Shown: positions 19,029 to 27,989 of the stretch, piece by piece
Layout: each line of letters starts with the position of its first letter
How positions within the stretch are numbered: position 1 is the stretch's first letter
Assembly: GCA_963662275.1 (NCBI GenBank)
Contig: OY759316.1
Coordinates: forward strand, 1,504,001-1,568,000
Direction of reading: 5' to 3'
Length of the DNA: 64,000 nucleotides
Source of the DNA: Candidatus Cloacimonadales bacterium
GTDB lineage: Bacteria > Cloacimonadota > Cloacimonadia > Cloacimonadales > DAONDQ01
Notes under the pieces: model-generated
Told to the model about the DNA's origin: nothing
Seen by the model: the letters and a program-made list of their open reading frames with translations, nothing else
Database searches by the model: none
Translations under genes and position numbers: made by a program

Positions 19029-19454
19029 TTGTGAAAGTACGATATACAAGACAATGGATAATACTATTATAATATCAAATTGAATCCACATAGTATCAGA
19101 AATACGATTTATAGCTTTGGTTTGTTGAGCATTCATATATAAAGCAAATTCACGATCGGTCATTTTACTAATGTCGGGAGCTTGGTATCCTGGAACTGTG
19201 ATGTTTTCAAGCTTGTTATCTCTACCTGCAGCAATTAACCCAGCTTTGACATCTACACCATTATCATCCAGGAGAGTAGCAACCTGGTTCTTATAAATCA
19301 CCACCATTCCCTTATCTGTATTAACAACAAAACTCCTGGCATCATTTGATTTGATGGTTCCTGTGATAATGCGTCCATCTGTGGTGGTAAAGACAAGAGC
19401 ATTGGATATAACAACGAATGTGAACAGGATAAAGATTGAAATAAGCTTCTTCAT
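19023..19454 (-). CDS. Exported/membrane-anchored protein co-transcribed with the repressor
   Basis: N-terminal signal peptide, C-terminal hydrophobic helix, 9 bp after the repressor stop. Confidence 0.7.
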   Translation of the reverse strand: MKKLISIFILFTFVVISNALVFTTTDGRIITGTIKSNDARSFVVNTDKGMVVIYKNQVATLLDDNGVDVKAGLIAAGRDNKLENITVPGYQAPDISKMTDREFALYMNAQQTKAINRISDTMWIQFDIIIVLSIVLYIVLSQK

Positions 19455-19463
19455 GATTTCCTC

Positions 19464-20135
19464 CTAATAGCGCCTAAAACAGAACATGAGAACACCGATA
19501 ATTTCGATGTCCCGGGTTTCTTCCCAATGAAATACAATGGGATCGTAGCATTGATTGATAGGGATCAGCAAAGTGGTTTCGCATTTATGGTTATAGATTA
19601 GTCTCTTCAAGGTAATACCACCATCCACCCGGAAGGCACAAATCTTATGGTCCAGAGCCAGCCTGTCAAAGTCACTATTGATGAGGATGATATCCCTATG
19701 CATAATCTCCGGTTCCATGCTGGACCCATGCACTCTAAAACAGATGATCTTATCTGGATGTGGGATCAATGACTTCTCCAGGGTAATGTGCATTAGGGGT
19801 TCCTGGTTGTTATATATTTCAATGGGCGGACCCGCGGCTATCTCCCCCACAACCGGAATACTAATAGTACGCGCGCGAGGGGATGGAAGATTTAAGATTG
19901 AAGATTGAATATCTTGGGGATCGGAAAGGAACATGGAGCCTTCCCCGGTGAGAAGCCAGTTGATATTGACGTTATAGACTTTTGACAGGGATTTAAGAAA
20001 ATCGGATTCAGGGGTTGTTTTATCATTAATATATCGACTGATAGCAGCTTGGGTATAGCCTAAAGCTTGCGAAAAATCAACTTGATTCAAATTATTTTCA
20101 AGACGTATCTTATTGATACGCTTACCAATGCACAT
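19464..20135 (-). CDS. Phage repressor, XRE HTH plus S24 (LexA/CI-like) peptidase
   Basis: LNQVDFSQALGYTQAAISRY, NWLLTGEG; IAAG cleavage site, GSSMEP, TLKRL. Confidence 0.92.
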   Translation of the reverse strand: MCIGKRINKIRLENNLNQVDFSQALGYTQAAISRYINDKTTPESDFLKSLSKVYNVNINWLLTGEGSMFLSDPQDIQSSILNLPSPRARTISIPVVGEIAAGPPIEIYNNQEPLMHITLEKSLIPHPDKIICFRVHGSSMEPEIMHRDIILINSDFDRLALDHKICAFRVDGGITLKRLIYNHKCETTLLIPINQCYDPIVFHWEETRDIEIIGVLMFCFRRY

Positions 20136-20150
20136 CTTTAACCCCTTTTT

Positions 20151-20200
20151 ATATACAGTTCAGTATATTTAATTATTGACATATATACTGAGCTGTATAA
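20151..20200. promoter_or_regulatory. Divergent immunity region with two operator-like quasi-palindromes flanking a -35 box
   Basis: ATATACAGTTCAGTATAT (20151-68) and ATATACTGAGCTGTATAA (20183-200) are inverted copies; TTGACA at 20176. Confidence 0.7.
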
Positions 20201-20254
20201 AGTCTGTCTTATGTATGACGTGAAGGCAGTAATAAGTCAAGGAAAATTTATAAA

Positions 20255-20512
20255 GTGAGGTTTACTATGGAGATAAAGAAAACGTACACACGAGAGCAAA
20301 TCAAGGCAGCAATGGCGTTGAAGCGATTAAACGTCTATAAATTGGCTGCTAAACTTCAATTAAGCAGCAGGCAGACCAACAGATTGATTTCCTGCAACAA
20401 CAATCAAGTATCTGAACGTAGTAATGATCAAATGATAGAGGCTCTACAGCCTCATTTGGAAGCGATCGCCAAATTAGAAGCTAAATTAGCTAAGAAGGAG
20501 AGAGTAGCATGA
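20255..20512 (+). CDS. Ner/Cro-like HTH regulator
   Basis: First early gene, divergent from the repressor; IKAAMALKRLNVYKLAAKLQLSSRQTNRLI. Confidence 0.7.
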   Translation: MRFTMEIKKTYTREQIKAAMALKRLNVYKLAAKLQLSSRQTNRLISCNNNQVSERSNDQMIEALQPHLEAIAKLEAKLAKKERVA

Positions 20513-21282
20513 TTCAGCGATATACTAATAAGCAATTGCAGGTTTCACTTGGGATCAGCAGACAGGCAGTGGATAAACGTGCTCTCAAGGAAGGCTGGAA
20601 GTCAGAAATCGTTTATGAACGTGGTACGCACAATAAATATTATTGGGTGGACCTGCAAAGCAACCAAAGCAACCAAAGCAACCAAAGCAACCAAAGCAAC
20701 CAAAGCAACCAAAGCAACCAAAGCAACCAAAGCAACCAAAGCAACCAAAGCAACCAAAGCAACCAAAGCAACCAAAGCAACCAAAGCAACCAAAGCAACC
20801 AAAGCAACCAAAGCAACCAAAGCAACCAAAGCAACCAAAGCAACCAAAGCAACCAAAGCAACCAAAGCAACCAGTTGACTCCCGAAGAGCGGGCGGAGCT
20901 AGATGCAATCAATGTTGTACTGCGTAAGAGGGTATGGTGGAAGCCATTTAAGAACGAAAAAGGACTATATCCATACCGATTGAATGATGGACCTGTGGTT
21001 TTGGCGACTTTTAGCACAATGGAATCGTTCAAAGACTATTTTGGACCCAATGACAAAGTAAAGTTTTTAGTCGATAATGAATATCAGGAAATCAAGATGA
21101 TCCGCTTTGATATGCCTGATATTATGGTGAGTTTAGAGCCGATGGATATGACCAACACCGAGGAACTGGAGACCTTCCTGGCTATCGGCTTGGAAAACTG
21201 TTTGATATGGATGGATGAGGAAGCAGGAAGCAACCTGAAGGATGCTACTACCGATGCTACAACCAAGAGGGAGGAATCATGA
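20509..21282 (+). CDS. Mu-type HTH protein with (QSN)24 tract
   Basis: LGISRQAVDKRALKEGW; coupled to neighbours by ATGA overlaps. Confidence 0.7.
   Translation: MIQRYTNKQLQVSLGISRQAVDKRALKEGWKSEIVYERGTHNKYYWVDLQSNQSNQSNQSNQSNQSNQSNQSNQSNQSNQSNQSNQSNQSNQSNQSNQSNQSNQSNQSNQSNQSNQSNQSNQLTPEERAELDAINVVLRKRVWWKPFKNEKGLYPYRLNDGPVVLATFSTMESFKDYFGPNDKVKFLVDNEYQEIKMIRFDMPDIMVSLEPMDMTNTEELETFLAIGLENCLIWMDEEAGSNLKDATTDATTKREES
20656..20871 (+). repeat. Perfect 9-bp tandem repeat (CAAAGCAAC)x24
   Basis: 216 bp, read directly. Confidence 0.97.
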
Positions 21283-22058
21283 TTTATAGCTTAATTGGTT
21301 GGATTTTAGCGGTCATCTTCTTTTGTCGGATGATCTGGAGCGAGATGCACTTTTGCAAGCGTTATGATCAGATGATCCTGGGTCGTGAAATCGACAAGCG
21401 GAAGTATGAAGCTGATCTGAAAGGGAAAGAAACGGAGATGGCAGAGATTAGAACGCATCTTTTCAACGCAGAAAGAATGCTGGATGATTTCCGGGCGGGG
21501 ATTACGTACCAGGTACCGGAGTTCATGAAAGAAGATGTTAACCACGGAACAGTCGAAAGCAGAGCAGAGGAAATATCTGATGATGAGCCAATAGGAGTTG
21601 ATGAAGGGTGTGAGGTATTTCACATCAGTCCCAAGAATCCATTACCACGTGGGCATGAATTAGAAAGAGCTTATGAAAAACCTACATATGAAGAATTAGG
21701 TGATATCAACATATATGGGATTTCTGGAAAGTTACTTATGTTCATCGAAGCGCACGAGGAAACAGCACTGGAATTGATTGATCAGTATTCTATCACTCTC
21801 GAGAGATCTGAATGGTTTGAAATAGACAGCAGTCTGCAGACCGACATCATCCATAAGATACTATTTGCAACGGCTGCGACATCCACACACGAAGCACCAC
21901 ACCTGATGACTATATCATTACCAATCCATGAATGGAGACAAATCAAAGACGAACTGAATATAAAAAATCCGCTCAGTCCGCAGGATACGCACATTACGCA
22001 GAGTCCGCAGACTATTGACCCGTCATTAGATACAATGCATATAGAAGCACAGGCTTAA
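21279..22058 (+). CDS. Hypothetical early protein with N-terminal membrane anchor
   Basis: RBS GGAGG, hydrophobic N-terminus, 259 aa. Confidence 0.6.
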   Translation: MIYSLIGWILAVIFFCRMIWSEMHFCKRYDQMILGREIDKRKYEADLKGKETEMAEIRTHLFNAERMLDDFRAGITYQVPEFMKEDVNHGTVESRAEEISDDEPIGVDEGCEVFHISPKNPLPRGHELERAYEKPTYEELGDINIYGISGKLLMFIEAHEETALELIDQYSITLERSEWFEIDSSLQTDIIHKILFATAATSTHEAPHLMTISLPIHEWRQIKDELNIKNPLSPQDTHITQSPQTIDPSLDTMHIEAQA

Positions 22059-22163
22059 GGCTTATGGCTGCCCTCTCTTCAGTAGGATCGGCATCCTACT
22101 CCACACTGAGGGCAGAGATAAGATTTAAGAGTGAAGAATTAAGAGATAAGAATTGGAGAGAAG

Positions 22164-23135
22164 ATGATGCAAACTGAATATGGAGTTTCGATATTAGCTG
22201 ACAGCATGCAATATATGCAGACCATTGAAGATAATAGCATAGATTGTATTATGACAGATCCTCCATATGGCATATTAGGTAAAGACAACCTTATAGAAAC
22301 CAATATAGATACTGACGTATTCTTCAAATATGCATATCGGATTCTAAAAGATGATACATTTATAGCTTTCTTTGGGCAATATCCGACTCTACCAAGATGG
22401 ACTCGATCGGCGGAAGATGCAGGATTTAAATACGTTGATCATATAGCCTGGATAAAGCGTATTCCCAGCGGTGGAATACAGCCTTTATCGAGAGCACATG
22501 AAAGCTTTATGATATATAAGAAAGGGAAACCAAGCTATATTAAGACTAAAGGTAAATATGAAGATGTGAAAGTCCCTGGTGTAATGTTTGATACAGTTAC
22601 CCTTGAAGGTATTTCACGTTATATTGATAGCTTGTGGAGAAAGAAACAAGGAATTTCAACAGAAATACGCAGAGGTAGTGAAAAGACAAATTGGCATAGC
22701 ATAATAAACAGTTGTCCATCTTCGGATAGATGTCCAAGAGAATGTAATTATACTAATGTATGGTCATTTTTGAGTCATAATCAGCAAAATAGAGGTTCAA
22801 AGAATTCGAAGAAGTTAAAAGGCTTTGGGCATCCAACGATAAAACCAATACAATTTTTAGAAAGAGCTATTTGCTTATTATCAAAACCAGGTGATACAAT
22901 CCTAGATCCCTTTTCGGGTACCGGAACTACAGCAATAGCATGTATAAAAAACGAGCGCAATTATATAAATATCGAGATCATTCAAGAGTTTCACGAACTG
23001 AGTTTAGAACGCATAATTGATGAAATAGCAATAAAAAACGAACAATTTGATTTTAAAGGCTACGTTACCTCCACATCAGAACTCCAGGAAGGGGGAGAAG
23101 TCGACAGCTCCCCCGCTATTTTTACGGAAAATTGA
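22164..23135 (+). CDS. N6A/N4C DNA methyltransferase (beta class)
   Basis: TDPPY ... HPTIKP ... LDPFSGTGTT. Confidence 0.92.
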   Translation: MMQTEYGVSILADSMQYMQTIEDNSIDCIMTDPPYGILGKDNLIETNIDTDVFFKYAYRILKDDTFIAFFGQYPTLPRWTRSAEDAGFKYVDHIAWIKRIPSGGIQPLSRAHESFMIYKKGKPSYIKTKGKYEDVKVPGVMFDTVTLEGISRYIDSLWRKKQGISTEIRRGSEKTNWHSIINSCPSSDRCPRECNYTNVWSFLSHNQQNRGSKNSKKLKGFGHPTIKPIQFLERAICLLSKPGDTILDPFSGTGTTAIACIKNERNYINIEIIQEFHELSLERIIDEIAIKNEQFDFKGYVTSTSELQEGGEVDSSPAIFTEN

Positions 23136-23157
23136 TGTGGAATAAAAGGAAATTCTG

Positions 23158-23451
23158 ATGATAGTTTCACAAGTAATTAAAGAGCGGATAACCCTATATG
23201 TCTTGAAAAGTACGACATGGGAAGATGCTCCCCTGCAAGTTGAAATCAAAGGGAATGTGTCAGAACTGACTAAGCTGAGAAATATGATCGACTGTGCTAT
23301 CAGCTATGTTGCCGGCAAAACCAACGGCTTTGATGAAGATGATATTGATACACTGCACTTTACCGTGGAAGCCTATTCAGATGATAAGAAGCTGCGTGAG
23401 AAAATTGATAAAGGACCATCGCCAGAGAATCCTTTTGGATGTGGAAAATGA
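23158..23451 (+). CDS. Hypothetical early protein
   Basis: 97-aa ORF with ATGA overlap into the transposase. Confidence 0.55.
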   Translation: MIVSQVIKERITLYVLKSTTWEDAPLQVEIKGNVSELTKLRNMIDCAISYVAGKTNGFDEDDIDTLHFTVEAYSDDKKLREKIDKGPSPENPFGCGK

Positions 23452-25793
23452 GCTGGCTCAGTGTAAAAGACTTTGCTGCTATGATGGGGATATCCCGCCA
23501 GGCGGTGCTGAAAGGAATTGCGAAAGAGAAATATACGACCAGGGAAGTAACTGGTAGAAATCAGCATGGTGTTAGTTATGAGATACTGCATGAAAAAGAG
23601 AGAAAAAGCGACAACCAAATCATAGAAGCGACAACCGACAACCGACAACCGACAACCAAAAGCGACAACCAACAGGTTGGAATCGGCGTTATGAGCGGAG
23701 AAGGCAGCGACAACCTGGCAGAAGGGAATAGGGAGAAGGGAGTAGGGAATAGTTCGGAACAGATAGACCCCCCTACCCCCCTTGCCAAGGGGGGATTATC
23801 TGATTTACCCGCTGACACTTCGACTGCGCTCAGTGCAAGCGTGGGCGCTACAGACGGTAAGCTAAAGCATACCACTGCCGAAACGAGGCTACTTGAGAAG
23901 GAACAGAAGCTATTTGACGCTCATGAGACGGTGGAAAAGGAAAGGGCGTGGAGTCGGAAAGAGATCGTGGAGATCTACCGGAATGAACGTCTGGATGTGA
24001 AGTTTGAGGGCGTGAGCCTTGCAGCTATCGATGATCTTTTCCAAAAAGCGCTGGATAATGGTGAAATCTGCAAAAAGCAAATGCTGATCCTGGGCGTTCA
24101 GGTTCTTTCATTGAAAACTATCAAAAAATGGGATAAAAAGCTGAGAGATGGCAAAGATGCAAAATATCCGTTGTGCCTGATCGATCAGAAGAAGAATAAG
24201 AGCGGACGGAAGCCTTTGGAAGTATCTCCTGAGCTGAAAAGAGATATAGAATTGATGGCACTTTCCACACATGGGCTGGACGGTTCCACAATTTTCAGGG
24301 CTATTCAGAGTAAGGCAGATGCAGGTTTATATGTAAATCCCTATCAGCCCAGGACTGTGCTTCTGAAAGTTCAGGAATATCGCAATGACAGATACCTGGC
24401 TAATATGGCAGCCGGTGCCAAGAAGTTCAAAAATGGTTCAAAACCGCACATTTGGCGCAAAGCAGATGCCTATCCCCGTGATATTTGGGAAAGTGATGGT
24501 CACCGGTTCAATGCGTTCGTACAATCGCCGTTCTGGTTTCACAATAATCAGAGTTTCAGGCTTCTAGTGAGACCAATGGTCATTATGTTTCTTGATAGGT
24601 GTACCGGATTGATCGCTGCTCATCGCGTTTTTATTAGTGAGAACTTTCATATTGTTAAGACTACCTTTGCTGATGGTGTGAGCAAATGGGGCGTTCCCAA
24701 AGTTGTCATGACAGACAAGGGCGGCGGATACGATAATATCTATACACGTCCGGGATATTATGCCGGACAGAAACGAGTCAATGAGACCGTAAAACGTGCA
24801 CGTGAACTATTTGATAACGGCTATCCGGGGTTCTTCCAGAGTTACGGAGTGGATAGACAGATCATCTGCATCCCAGGGAACCCGGAATCAAAGTCGATTG
24901 AACCGATTTGGAAGCATGTATTCAGTGAATTTGAAAAGAGTCTTTGGGCATATACCGGAGGCTGCATCGATGAACGCCCGGAATACATGCAAATGACAGC
25001 TAAGGCACTGTTTAAGAAATACGGCGATCATATTCCTACCTGGGAGACGTTCTGCGGTCTTGTGGATGCCTGGGTAAATGAATGGAACAATAAGACGCGT
25101 CCTTCGCTCGTGAGCGCTAACGGCAAGATGTTTTCACCTGCAGAGATGTATCGTGAATTCATGGCAATGGATGAAGTGATCATCCCATCTTATGAACAAA
25201 TCATCAGATTATCCTACTTTCCAGTGAAGCGCGTGATCCAGCGTGACGGTATCGAACTGAACGGACTGATCTACCGGCATCCTCAATTTGCCAGCTACCA
25301 GGGCTATCAGATGGAAGTGGAATACGATGAAAACGATATCTACCAGATCTACGTAGCAACCATGAAAGGTGAGAAGTGGGCTTCCAGCGCTAAGCTGATG
25401 ATACCAGGTAGCCTGATCGATCAGGAACAATCTTCATTAGCAATCGCTTCAAGGGCACATTATATGAAGGAAATGGAAGCTGCCTACCTGCAGAGACGGG
25501 AAGCTCACCAACGTAATGAAGCTGAATATCAGAAGTACTTAGCAGGGAGACCGTCTGAAGGCGGTGCTACGCTAAACGAGATCGTACATGATCAAAGCAT
25601 TATCCAGGATGATATCAAGCTAATTGGGATAAGTGATCATATTCGGACGCAACGGCAACCTAAAGGATGCCACCACCGGGATGGCAGGGATCTGGCAGAG
25701 GTGCAGCCGGAGTGGAATGCCCTCGTGGAAGAAGCAATTGCAGAAGGGAACAGGGAACAGGGAACAGGGAACAGGGAACAGGGAACAGCTTAG
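23448..25793 (+). CDS. MuA-like DDE transposase
   Basis: N-terminal HTH (GISRQAV); WESDGH, VMTDKGGGY, NPESKSIE; Mu-like C-terminal domain; followed by an AAA ATPase. Confidence 0.92.
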   Translation: MSWLSVKDFAAMMGISRQAVLKGIAKEKYTTREVTGRNQHGVSYEILHEKERKSDNQIIEATTDNRQPTTKSDNQQVGIGVMSGEGSDNLAEGNREKGVGNSSEQIDPPTPLAKGGLSDLPADTSTALSASVGATDGKLKHTTAETRLLEKEQKLFDAHETVEKERAWSRKEIVEIYRNERLDVKFEGVSLAAIDDLFQKALDNGEICKKQMLILGVQVLSLKTIKKWDKKLRDGKDAKYPLCLIDQKKNKSGRKPLEVSPELKRDIELMALSTHGLDGSTIFRAIQSKADAGLYVNPYQPRTVLLKVQEYRNDRYLANMAAGAKKFKNGSKPHIWRKADAYPRDIWESDGHRFNAFVQSPFWFHNNQSFRLLVRPMVIMFLDRCTGLIAAHRVFISENFHIVKTTFADGVSKWGVPKVVMTDKGGGYDNIYTRPGYYAGQKRVNETVKRARELFDNGYPGFFQSYGVDRQIICIPGNPESKSIEPIWKHVFSEFEKSLWAYTGGCIDERPEYMQMTAKALFKKYGDHIPTWETFCGLVDAWVNEWNNKTRPSLVSANGKMFSPAEMYREFMAMDEVIIPSYEQIIRLSYFPVKRVIQRDGIELNGLIYRHPQFASYQGYQMEVEYDENDIYQIYVATMKGEKWASSAKLMIPGSLIDQEQSSLAIASRAHYMKEMEAAYLQRREAHQRNEAEYQKYLAGRPSEGGATLNEIVHDQSIIQDDIKLIGISDHIRTQRQPKGCHHRDGRDLAEVQPEWNALVEEAIAEGNREQGTGNREQGTA
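25746..25787 (+). repeat. (GGGAACA)x6 at the 3' end of the transposase
   Basis: Six perfect heptamers just before stop TAG 25791. Confidence 0.95.
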
Positions 25794-25929
25794 AACCGGA
25801 ACAGACACCCGAACAGATAGAAGATCAGAGACTTAAAGAAATGCTCAATACCGGTATGAAAAACCGGGGACTGTGAAGTTCGAAGTGCGAAGTTCGAAGT
25901 AGCAGAATAGAAAAAGTTTAGGAGGAAAT

Positions 25930-26658
25930 GTGAAAGAAAATCAAATGATCCAAACTACTAACGTGGAAAAAATCCTTGATGTGCTTGAAGAAGGCAGGAA
26001 TCGACCGAAGCATGAAGAACCTGGATTCATTGTTGTGTATGGTCCTAAGGGTACCGGTAAATCCAGGGCTTTTCATACCCTGGCAATCAAAAACAACTGC
26101 ATCTACATTCGCTTATCTGCCAAAGACACAGCCCGGAGCTTTGCACAGAAGCTTCATCATCTTTTGGAATACTATGACAGCAACAAGAAGGTACCTGAGC
26201 TTGATACAACTGACGTCCCGAGTCATGGGGTAAGTATTACCATGGTTGACCGCTGCGTGAGGTATCTTGCCAAGCATCCTGATATGGAAATCTACATCGA
26301 TGAGTTTGACTATGCTTTGGAAGCAAGCAAGCACGATATATTAGATACTATCAGGGATCTCATAGACCGAACCATGGCGCTGTTTGTGTGTGTGGGGATG
26401 GATAAAGTACTTGAGCTTCTTGAAAAGCGTTCCAGGGCACTTTTTGACCGCATGATGGCAAGCCGTGAACTTTCACCATGGACTGAAGCAGATACAATCA
26501 AAGTAGCGAAAGGGATCTCTTCAGCAACCATGACAGACTCTTTAGCCAGAGAAATCCACATGAATAAGAATGCCAAAGGCGGATCTGCCAGACAGGTGAT
26601 TCACCAGGTAAGCGCTTATGAAGCAACTTACAAAGCAGCACAGGAACATAAATCATGA
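25930..26658 (+). CDS. MuB-like AAA ATPase
   Basis: GPKGTGKS, IYIDEFD, IRDLID, VCVGM, LFDRM. Confidence 0.9.
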   Translation: MKENQMIQTTNVEKILDVLEEGRNRPKHEEPGFIVVYGPKGTGKSRAFHTLAIKNNCIYIRLSAKDTARSFAQKLHHLLEYYDSNKKVPELDTTDVPSHGVSITMVDRCVRYLAKHPDMEIYIDEFDYALEASKHDILDTIRDLIDRTMALFVCVGMDKVLELLEKRSRALFDRMMASRELSPWTEADTIKVAKGISSATMTDSLAREIHMNKNAKGGSARQVIHQVSAYEATYKAAQEHKS

Positions 26659-27227
26659 ATTCGGTAAGCAGCAGCCAGGCAATTCGAAACTACATTGAAA
26701 TGTGCCAAGTGAGTACATTCAGCGCTGTAATGGTGAGCGAATACCTTAATATTCCACTGCGAACGGTACGTAACCGGTTAAGTGAGTTATGCTCTGAAGG
26801 GTTAATCATGCTGACTACTGGAAAGAACCAGGGACAGTCTCTGTATGCAAAGGCAGACCCTAGCTTACAGGTGTCAGAGCAGACAGCAGAGAAGATCAGA
26901 GAGCTGGCAGAGCAGAACCCGGGAATGACACAGACGGCTATTGCTAAGAAGTTGGGAATGTCCAGACAGGCTGTGTGCGCTGGATTCAAGCAGTTGGGGA
27001 TTGAGGTGTATAAGGGGATGAAGTGGGAATACAAGCATTCAATAGGACAGACCATCTATGGATATGTATATCATGAATATGCTACGCGAAATCAGATCCA
27101 TCAGAATGCTAACTTAGGAATATCATACCAGGAACTTGGTATTTATCTAAGTTTTATGGTTAAGAAGGGCTTAATTTTATTCGAAAACTCAAAATATCAT
27201 ACGAATTATAGAACAAACAATGAATAA
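26655..27227 (+). CDS. Multi-HTH DNA-binding protein
   Basis: LNIPLRTVRNRL and MTQTAIAKKLGMSRQAV. Confidence 0.7.
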   Translation: MNSVSSSQAIRNYIEMCQVSTFSAVMVSEYLNIPLRTVRNRLSELCSEGLIMLTTGKNQGQSLYAKADPSLQVSEQTAEKIRELAEQNPGMTQTAIAKKLGMSRQAVCAGFKQLGIEVYKGMKWEYKHSIGQTIYGYVYHEYATRNQIHQNANLGISYQELGIYLSFMVKKGLILFENSKYHTNYRTNNE

Positions 27228-27238
27228 TTGGAGAGAAG

Positions 27239-27577
27239 ATGATTCTATTCAAAAAAGAGTTCATAGATGCCATTGTTAAAGGTGAAAAAACAACAACTGT
27301 TAGAAAAAATAACCGTAGATTGCAGGGCGTTCACATGATCAAGGTTGGTTTTCTCAAAAAAGATGAAAGGGGTTATGTGAAAATAACCGATTGGAACCCT
27401 ATAATGCTTTATCAGATTACTCTTGAAATGGCAAAAGCAGATGGCTTCAGCACGATAGATGAATGTAAGAAAGCTATCTGTAAAATGTTGAAAATTAAAC
27501 ACAATACAATTTCAGACTTCTATTGGGTTTCGTTATATACTTTTCAATATATCGGGGTGGAAAATGCCAAAAGCTGA
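27239..27577 (+). CDS. ASCH domain protein
   Basis: ILFKKEFIDAIVKGEKTTTVRK ... AKADGF. Confidence 0.85.
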   Translation: MILFKKEFIDAIVKGEKTTTVRKNNRRLQGVHMIKVGFLKKDERGYVKITDWNPIMLYQITLEMAKADGFSTIDECKKAICKMLKIKHNTISDFYWVSLYTFQYIGVENAKS

Positions 27578-27989
27578 ATATGATGAACAGGGGCTCAAGT
27601 TTTGGAGTTTGTTATCTGAAGCTGGATGGACTGAAGAACGGATTGAGGCTCTGATCTGGAAAAGATACAAATGCAGCCATTGGATGGCTTGCAATGAAAG
27701 TCAGAGAAAGGGACTCATGGCTACGGCGCAGAGCTATGCGAAGAAAGCGAACAGCGTACAGCGTACAGGGAACAGGGCAGAGCAGAAAAAAGCAGCTGAA
27801 GCAAAAATGAAGATGCTTAGACAGAATATCATGGCTATTGTGTCAGCTAATGGATTAGATCGTGATTGGCTGCATAGCTGTATGGTTTCCTGGGGTTTTG
27901 GTGATTCACTGCGGAAGTTAGGATATAAGCAACTCTGGCAGGTGAAATCATCAGTGCTTGAGTGCTTTAAAGGGAGAAAAAGAGTATGA
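27564..27989 (+). CDS. Hypothetical, possibly GemA/DUF1018-like
   Basis: Position in the Mu semi-essential region; duplicated short helical unit. Confidence 0.45.
   Translation: MPKAEYDEQGLKFWSLLSEAGWTEERIEALIWKRYKCSHWMACNESQRKGLMATAQSYAKKANSVQRTGNRAEQKKAAEAKMKMLRQNIMAIVSANGLDRDWLHSCMVSWGFGDSLRKLGYKQLWQVKSSVLECFKGRKRV

Noticed and set aside
20549..21032. ORFs reading (KAT)n, (GCF)n, (VAL)n, (LLW)n, (KQP)n
   Set aside because: Alternative frames of the 9-bp repeat; only the QSN frame has an HTH and coupled neighbours
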